A stretch of DNA of 64,000 bases from Chlorobium sp. (GTDB lineage: Bacteria; Bacteroidota; Chlorobiia; Chlorobiales; Chlorobiaceae), in NCBI RefSeq assembly GCF_036528655.1, contig NZ_JAIGND010000006.1, positions 90,820 through 154,819 on the forward strand. The letters run 5' to 3'. Under the pieces are notes generated by a model. That model searched no databases. It saw nothing but the letters and a program-made list of their open reading frames with translations, and was not told where the DNA came from. Position numbers and translations under genes: made by a program. Of the stretch, positions 59,054 to 64,000 are shown piece after piece (positions within the stretch are counted from its first letter, which is position 1; every line of letters begins with the position of its first letter).

Positions 59054-59713
59054 ATGACCATTCCGATACGCAGGACCGGCCTTCTGCGAAGCTCCCTGTT
59101 CGGCTTCACCTGTAACCGTTGTCGGCATTGCTGCACCAACAAGAAAATACAGGTCAATCCCTATGAAATCGCACGCATTGCAGATCGGCTGGGCATTCCG
59201 ACAACGGAGTTCATAGAACGCTTTACCGCAGAAAACGGTTCGTTCCTGAAATTCACCGACAGAGGATCCTGCACGTTTCTCGGACCGGAAGGCTGCACGG
59301 TGCATAGCGACCGTCCGCTTGTCTGTCGCCTCTACCCGCTCGCCCGGCATGTCGGCGAAAAAGGCGAGGAATGGTTTTCGGAGCTTGAACCGGAACCCTC
59401 CTGCAGGGGCACTTACGGTATTGAAGGTACGATTTCAGAATACCTCGCCGGACAGGATGCCCTGCCATACATGCAGGCAGCGAACATCTATCTCAACCTG
59501 CTCTGGAAGTTGATTGGCGCGCTTGAAAGCCAGGAAGAAAGCGAACTGGTTGAGGGCTCGATCGAAGAAGCTGTCACTCCGGAAAACTGGATGGATATGG
59601 ATGCCGTCGTAACGGAATACTGCCGGCTGAACCGTCTCGAAAAGCCCCAAACAGTAAGCGAAAACATGCACCTGCACATCGAGGCGCTGGAACAATGGAT
59701 CAAACCAACATAA
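59054..59713 (+). CDS. YkgJ family Cys-cluster protein (CxxCxxCC zinc/iron-chelating domain)
   Basis: 219 aa with FTCNRCRHCCT followed by CTFL...GCTVHSDRPLVCRLYP, the UPF0153/YkgJ pattern. Confidence 0.8.
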   Translation: MTIPIRRTGLLRSSLFGFTCNRCRHCCTNKKIQVNPYEIARIADRLGIPTTEFIERFTAENGSFLKFTDRGSCTFLGPEGCTVHSDRPLVCRLYPLARHVGEKGEEWFSELEPEPSCRGTYGIEGTISEYLAGQDALPYMQAANIYLNLLWKLIGALESQEESELVEGSIEEAVTPENWMDMDAVVTEYCRLNRLEKPQTVSENMHLHIEALEQWIKPT

Positions 59714-59727
59714 AAGGAGGGAACATC

Positions 59728-59967
59728 ATGAACAAACACACAAAAAAAGCCCTTGCACTTGCTGCTGCCGCAACCGTTCTCGGAACATCTCTCGGCGTCG
59801 CACCTGTCACAACCGAAGCAGCGGTGGTTCAGAACCCGGTTGATTCCCTGAAAAAATCCAATCAGGTAAAAATATCCACCCAGGGAAAAGTTGAAACACA
59901 AACGCAGACACCGGTTTCAAACCAGGGCAAGGTCTCCAATCAGATCAAATGGACGAATACCAGGTAA
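59728..59967 (+). CDS. Small secreted protein with hexapeptide repeats
   Basis: 79 aa. A strong RBS (AAAGGAGGG) sits 8 nt upstream of the ATG at 59728. Signal peptide MNKHTKKALALAAAATVLGTSLG. The mature part contains four [NT]Q[VGI]K[IVW][STE] units (NQVKIS, TQGKVE, NQGKVS, NQIKWT). Confidence 0.6.
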   Translation: MNKHTKKALALAAAATVLGTSLGVAPVTTEAAVVQNPVDSLKKSNQVKISTQGKVETQTQTPVSNQGKVSNQIKWTNTR

Positions 59968-59982
59968 GAGCCCTGTCTCGCA

Positions 59983-60025
59983 GATCATGGCAGCAGAAGG
60001 AGCAGAATCCTCTGCTGCCATGATC
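59983..60025. terminator. Perfect 15-bp hairpin between convergent genes (bidirectional terminator candidate)
   Basis: GATCATGGCAGCAGA (59983-59997) and TCTGCTGCCATGATC (60011-60025) are exact reverse complements with a 13-nt loop. The hairpin sits between the small secreted gene (+) and acr3 (-). Confidence 0.6.
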
Positions 60026-60034
60026 ATCGCCTGC

Positions 60035-61087
60035 TCATGCAGCGGAGTCGCCGAACCACTTTTCCCTGAACCAGAGGGAAACGTTCACCAGACCGATAAG
60101 CGCCGGAACCTCGACCAGCGGGCCGATGACGGCAGCGAATGCCTCTCCCGAATCGATACCGAACACCGCCACGGCTACGGCAATGGCAAGCTCGAAGTTA
60201 TTGCTCGCCGCAGTAAAGGAAAGCGTGGCAGTTTTCGAATAATCCGCTCCGACCTTTCGTCCCATATAAAAGGAGACGAGAAACATGATGACGAAGTAGC
60301 AGAGCAGCGGTATGGCGATGCGCACCACATCCATCGGAATTTTCACGATATACTCGCCCTTGAGCGAGAACATCACCACGATGGTGAAAAGCAGCGCGAC
60401 GAGTGTCATGGGACTTATACGCGGCACGAAAACGCTTTCGTACCACTCCCTGCCTTTTAAGCGAAGCATGAAAAACCGGGTAAGAAAACCCGCAATGAAA
60501 GGTATACCGAGATAGATGAAGACCGACGAAGCGATTTCGGCGATGGTGATATCGACCCTGAACGACGAAAGGCCGATCCAGCCGGGCAGCACCGTGAGGA
60601 AAACCCAGGCGTAAACGGAAAAGAACAGCACCTGGAAGACCGAGTTGAAAGCCACGAGACCCGCTGCGTACTCCGTGTCGCCTTTTGCAAGCTCGTTCCA
60701 GACGATCACCATGGCGATGCAGCGGGCAAGACCTATGAGAATAAGACCGGCCATGTAGTGCGGCATATCGGCAAGAAAAAGAACGGCGAGCACGAACATG
60801 AGCACCGGCCCGATCACCCAGTTCTGCACGAGCGAAAGGCCAAGCACTCTCGTGTTGCGGAACACGTCGCCAAGCTCCTCGTATTTCACCTTGGCCAGCG
60901 GCGGATACATCATGACGATAAGCCCTATGGCGATGGGAATATTGGTGGTACCTGACTGAAAGGAGTTCCAGAACACCGCCATGCCGGGAATGAGCCAGCC
61001 GGAAAGCACGCCAATACCCATGGCAAGAAAGATCCAGAGCGTGAGATAGCGATCGAGAAAGGATAGCTGTTTAACTGACATGCCCAT
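60035..61087 (-). CDS. acr3: Arsenite efflux transporter, ACR3 family
   Basis: Start at [50 protein letters not shown] and LVQNWVIGP are ACR3 motifs. Confidence 0.93.
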   Translation of the reverse strand: MGMSVKQLSFLDRYLTLWIFLAMGIGVLSGWLIPGMAVFWNSFQSGTTNIPIAIGLIVMMYPPLAKVKYEELGDVFRNTRVLGLSLVQNWVIGPVLMFVLAVLFLADMPHYMAGLILIGLARCIAMVIVWNELAKGDTEYAAGLVAFNSVFQVLFFSVYAWVFLTVLPGWIGLSSFRVDITIAEIASSVFIYLGIPFIAGFLTRFFMLRLKGREWYESVFVPRISPMTLVALLFTIVVMFSLKGEYIVKIPMDVVRIAIPLLCYFVIMFLVSFYMGRKVGADYSKTATLSFTAASNNFELAIAVAVAVFGIDSGEAFAAVIGPLVEVPALIGLVNVSLWFREKWFGDSAA

Positions 61088-61091
61088 GCTC

Positions 61092-61523
61092 TTACCCTCC
61101 CGACTGCATATCGTTATAGAAACTCCTGAACCCATCGCGGATCTCGTCGCGTACCCGACGGAAGACGGCAAGCACCTCTTCGCGGCTCCCTTCGGCTTCA
61201 GCAGGATCATCGAACCCGATATGCACCCGATGCCTGACCTCTCCGGTAAAGACGGGACAGCTCTCCATTGCTCCGGAACAGACCGTCACGACCCGGTCGA
61301 ACGGCCTCGAAGTGAATTCCTCGACGCTTTTCGGCCTGTGGCCGCCAATGTCGATCCCCGCTTCCCGCATCACCGCTACAGCAAGCGGGTGCACCTTTTC
61401 GGCCGGCTTCGTGCCTGCAGAAAAGACCTCGAGTTCCGGATCGAACGAACGCAGGAACCCCTCGGCCATCTGGCTACGGCAGGAGTTTCCCGTACAGAGA
61501 ATGAGAATCGATGACGATGACAT
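61092..61523 (-). CDS. arsC: Arsenate reductase, LMW-PTPase (thioredoxin-coupled) type
   Basis: Start at [22 protein letters not shown] (CX5R P-loop). It has downstream Cys residues ([12 protein letters not shown]). Confidence 0.9.
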   Translation of the reverse strand: MSSSSILILCTGNSCRSQMAEGFLRSFDPELEVFSAGTKPAEKVHPLAVAVMREAGIDIGGHRPKSVEEFTSRPFDRVVTVCSGAMESCPVFTGEVRHRVHIGFDDPAEAEGSREEVLAVFRRVRDEIRDGFRSFYNDMQSGG

Positions 61524-61548
61524 TGCTTCTGACAGATTAAGATTAAGG

Positions 61549-62598
61549 TTACAGGATAAGGTTGAAAACAAAACCGACGACGACGATGCCCGAAGCCACG
61601 ATGCCGGCAAACACGGCGATCAGGCGGGGCTTGAGCACTTTGCGAAGAATGATCATCTCGGGCGCCGAAAGGGCGATAACGCTCATCATGAAGGCCATGA
61701 CCGTGCCGATGGCCGCTCCCTTGCCGATAAGCGCTTCAGCTACGGGCAGCACGCCGACGATGTTCGTATACATGGGCACGCCCAGCGCCACGGCAGCGGG
61801 AACCGACCACCAGGCATCCTTCCCCATGATCGACACCATGAACTCCTCGGGAACATAACCATGTATACCGGATCCCAGGCCTACGCCGAGAACAATGAAG
61901 AGCCAGACCTTCCCGACGATCGAACGGACCGATGCGAGGCCCTCCCTGAAACGGTCACTGAAGGTGAAAACGGCTCTGTCATCATGGGCCGAAGCATCTC
62001 CCTTCTGCAGCTTCTGCACCCATTCCTCCAGATCCCCTTCCATACGCAGGCGCTCAATCACCAGACCGGAAACGACTGCGATAAGGAAACCGAGCAGCAC
62101 ATAGGCAAGAGCGATCTGCCATCCGAACGTGCCGAGCAGCAGAAAGAGGGCGACCCCGTCGACCATCGGCGCCGCAATGAGGAATGAGAAGGTCACCCCG
62201 AGCGGAACGCCCGCCTGCAGGAAACCGATAAAAAGAGGAACGGCGGAGCAGGAGCAAAACGGAGTCACCATACCAAGCAGAGCCGCCAGAGCGTTGCCCG
62301 TCCCGATTCTGCGTCCCGAGAGCAACGCCCTCGTGCGCTCAGGAGAAACGAACGTGTGCACCACTCCCATCACGAACACCACTGCCGTAAGCAGCAGCAG
62401 AACCTTTGGCACTTCGTAAATGAAAAAGTGCAGGGCTTCACCGAAATGCGTAGCTCTGCTGATCCCCGCTATTGCCAGCATCAGATCGGCAAGCGGTTCG
62501 AGGTTGCCGTAGAGGGCTATCCAGGCAACCGCAGCCGCAACAGTCATGGCCGCAGCCTTAAGACTGGATGTGGTCTGTTCAGACTGATTCATATTCAC
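61549..62598 (-). CDS. arsP: DUF318/UPF0718 permease, ArsP-like
   Basis: 349 aa, about 8-10 TM helices. The TPFCSCSAVPLF motif (vicinal Cys pair) is characteristic of the permease family found in ars operons. Confidence 0.75.
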   Translation of the reverse strand: MNMNQSEQTTSSLKAAAMTVAAAVAWIALYGNLEPLADLMLAIAGISRATHFGEALHFFIYEVPKVLLLLTAVVFVMGVVHTFVSPERTRALLSGRRIGTGNALAALLGMVTPFCSCSAVPLFIGFLQAGVPLGVTFSFLIAAPMVDGVALFLLLGTFGWQIALAYVLLGFLIAVVSGLVIERLRMEGDLEEWVQKLQKGDASAHDDRAVFTFSDRFREGLASVRSIVGKVWLFIVLGVGLGSGIHGYVPEEFMVSIMGKDAWWSVPAAVALGVPMYTNIVGVLPVAEALIGKGAAIGTVMAFMMSVIALSAPEMIILRKVLKPRLIAVFAGIVASGIVVVGFVFNLIL

Positions 62599-62617
62599 TC
62601 GCTTGACGGAAAATCAC

Positions 62618-62923
62618 TCAGCAGCAGCGACCCGCGCCGTTCGAACTGCCGGACTGGGAGCCGCAACAGCATCCGCCCTTTTTTACCGGATCTGCAAGCA
62701 GTTTCTTCAGCTCGTCGAACTCCGGCACACGACCCTTCGAGCGCACTTCCCCATCGACGACAAGCGCGGGAGTCGAAAGTACGTTGTAGGCCATGATCTT
62801 CTGGATATCCTCCACTTTTTCCACCTCAGCATCAATGCCTTCCGAAGCGATAACCGCCTTGACGGCATCGGCAAGCTGATTGCACTTCGCACAACCCGTA
62901 CCGAGAATCTTCACCTGTTTCAT
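62618..62923 (-). CDS. Thioredoxin-fold protein (redox-active disulfide protein 2 type) with Cys-rich C-terminal tail
   Basis: 101 aa. MKQVKILGTGCAKCNQL (CxxC) plus STPALVVDG. An extra ~20-aa tail reads KKGGCCCGSQSGSSNGAGRCC. Confidence 0.8.
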   Translation of the reverse strand: MKQVKILGTGCAKCNQLADAVKAVIASEGIDAEVEKVEDIQKIMAYNVLSTPALVVDGEVRSKGRVPEFDELKKLLADPVKKGGCCCGSQSGSSNGAGRCC

Positions 62924-62944
62924 GATCTCCCCTTGTTAATAGTT

Positions 62945-62962
62945 TATCGCAAATAAACGATA
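62945..62962. promoter_or_regulatory. Palindromic motif TATCGCAAATAAACGATA between arsR and the thioredoxin-like gene (candidate ArsR operator, copy 1)
   Basis: Inverted arms TATCG/CGATA with an 8-nt AT-rich spacer. It is near-identical to the motif at 63351-63366. Confidence 0.45.
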
Positions 62963-62998
62963 CTTATAAAAAACACAGCAACACTCACCGACTTTTGT

Positions 62999-63331
62999 TC
63001 AGCAATTACATCTTTCCTTGCATCCCTCTGAAAAAAAAAACCCGAAAAGCCGCTCCGCGCGTTCCCAATTCTGCCGGTTGATACAATATTTCACTTTCGG
63101 CGGATCGATCTCCCCCTGAATCAGACCCGAGTCAAGCAGCGCCTTGAGATGCTGCGAAATAGTCGATTGAGCCATCGGTATCACCTCCGTCAACTCGCCG
63201 GTAAAACAGCAACTCTCTCCTGCAAGCAGCCTGAGAATTTTTACCCGTACCGGATGACTGAGCGCCTTGGCCATACCGGCAAGAGCCTGCTCATCGTCGC
63301 TATAGGTTACATCGGATAACGTTCTTTGCAT
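62999..63331 (-). CDS. arsR: ArsR/SmtB family metalloregulator
   Basis: 110 aa. wHTH region LSHPVRVKILRLL...STISQHLKAL, a metalloid-site-like ESCCFTGEL, and a Cys-rich tail EGCKERCNC. Confidence 0.9.
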   Translation of the reverse strand: MQRTLSDVTYSDDEQALAGMAKALSHPVRVKILRLLAGESCCFTGELTEVIPMAQSTISQHLKALLDSGLIQGEIDPPKVKYCINRQNWERAERLFGFFFSEGCKERCNC

Positions 63332-63350
63332 TGAGTTCCAGAGTTAGTTC

Positions 63351-63366
63351 ATCGCAAATATACGAT
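63351..63366. promoter_or_regulatory. Palindromic motif ATCGCAAATATACGAT upstream of arsR (candidate ArsR operator, copy 2)
   Basis: Arms ATCG/CGAT with an 8-nt AT spacer, 20-35 nt upstream of the arsR start codon. It shares 15 of 16 positions with copy 1. Confidence 0.45.
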
Positions 63367-63473
63367 TAATAATTGAGAGCGAAAAATTTTTTTACCTCTC
63401 TGCTCTTTCAGGAACAAACGCATATAACCGATTGTTGATTTTTCAATTACTGACTAATGAAAAATATACGTCC

Positions 63474-63899
63474 ATGAAAATAAATCTTTATCTCATCCTC
63501 ACTGCGGTGCTGCTGACTGCCGTTTCGGCCTCTGCGGATGCGAAATGCCCGAAAGCGGAACTTGCCGTCGAACATAAAACCGGAACCGGCAACTATCTTG
63601 CCGACGAAGACGGCATGACGCTCTACTGGTTTACCAAAGACTCTCCGGGAACAAGCACCTGCGCCGGACCATGTGAAGAAAAGTGGCCGGTATATTACCG
63701 TGATGTTTTTCGTATTCCGAAAAGCATGAACGGTTCCGATTTCGCTTCCATCCTTCGAAACGACGGAAAAAAACAGCTGACCTTCAGGGGATATCCGCTC
63801 TACTACTGGGCAGGCGATAAAAAAGCCGGCGATACCGGAGGACAGGGCGTGAACAATGTCTGGTTCGTAGTAAATCCGGACAACTTCCCGCCGAAATAA
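63474..63899 (+). CDS. Secreted protein of the COG4315 / Lipoprotein_15 repeat family
   Basis: Start at MKINLYLILTAVLLTAVSASA. Two repeats of the G..LY.F..D and W.P / YPLYYWAGDKKAGDTGGQGV pattern are typical of this family. Confidence 0.7.
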   Translation: MKINLYLILTAVLLTAVSASADAKCPKAELAVEHKTGTGNYLADEDGMTLYWFTKDSPGTSTCAGPCEEKWPVYYRDVFRIPKSMNGSDFASILRNDGKKQLTFRGYPLYYWAGDKKAGDTGGQGVNNVWFVVNPDNFPPK

Positions 63900-63909
63900 A
63901 AAACATCAG

Positions 63910-63944
63910 GCCGGGGGCGGAGACACAACTATCCAGCCCCCGGC
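63910..63944 (+). terminator. 9-bp GC hairpin after the COG4315 gene
   Basis: GCCGGGGGC (63910-63918) and GCCCCCGGC (63936-63944) with a 17-nt loop. No U-tract follows. Confidence 0.35.
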
Positions 63945-64000
63945 ATAACACCCTCTCATTCAGCACTCCCCACTACTCATTGACCCCTTAAACTTGACCT

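Noticed and set aside
58904-59350. A 148-aa minus-strand ORF spanning the lolD/ykgJ intergenic region, together with the inverted repeat GTTGAAAACC...GGTTTCAAC at about 58950-58985.
   Set aside because: The ORF overlaps the well-supported ykgJ CDS in antisense. The inverted repeat has a long loop and one bulge, and I cannot assign it a role.
63031-63040. An A10/T10 homopolymer inside the 3' end of arsR. There is a similar T9 run at 35709-35717 and A8 runs in smc. I considered these as possible slipped-strand phase-variation sites.
   Set aside because: Each is an in-frame run of Phe (TTT) or Lys (AAA) codons in an intact ORF. With a single sequence there is no evidence of length variation. 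The arsR tract would be worth checking only if population data exist.
1-64000. I searched by eye for CRISPR arrays, tRNA/rRNA genes, IS elements, integrases, and large direct or inverted repeats bounding islands.
   Set aside because: I saw no regularly spaced repeats, no T-loop (GGTTCGAATCC-type) sequence outside CDS, and no transposase or integrase-like ORFs. The flanks of the ars and nik clusters share no repeats. A visual scan cannot exclude short or degenerate elements.

Overview
This is a dense, almost fully coding 64-kb chromosomal segment that looks like a green sulfur bacterium (Chlorobiaceae). The taxonomic markers are a Chlorobaculum-type form IV RuBisCO-like protein (RLP), bacteriochlorophyll c tailoring genes (a BchF/BchV hydratase and a BchQ/BchR-type B12-radical SAM enzyme), a CruA-type cyclase candidate and a split carB. 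I support about 60 CDS plus several hairpin terminators and palindromic operator candidates. I saw no rRNA, tRNA, CRISPR array, transposase, integrase or prophage genes.

Most of the content is housekeeping:
- Biosynthesis: glyA, ribBA, carB, folP, pabBC, hisA, hisH, hisI, ubiE.
- DNA, RNA and chromosome functions: smc, scpB, nusB, nth, ligA, tsaC, a pseudouridine synthase.
- Other: ppx, lolD.

Loci worth a second look, in rough order of interest:
1. A five-gene co-directional RLP cluster: a fused class II aldolase-SDR, an LsrF-type aldolase/thiolase, the RLP and a second SDR, followed by an LptE-like lipoprotein gene at its downstream end. To my knowledge its chemistry is still unassigned.
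2. An orphan class-B radical SAM enzyme co-directional with a DUF900 lipoprotein hydrolase, next to the bchF/bchQ pair.
3. A 675-690 aa outer-membrane beta-barrel carrying an N-terminal ComEA-like helix-hairpin-helix module.
4. A tightly packed array of a membrane-fusion adaptor, a ferrochelatase-fold protein and an AEC permease, with no pump gene.
5. An Rrf2 / ferredoxin / TPR / Hcp operon with a palindromic operator candidate.
6. A NikR-controlled Ni/Co ECF transporter preceded by a small beta-barrel.
7. A five-gene ars operon with duplicated operator-like palindromes and Cys-rich tails.

I found nothing that I can prove is a new system from sequence alone. The functional proposals are inferences and are labelled as such.
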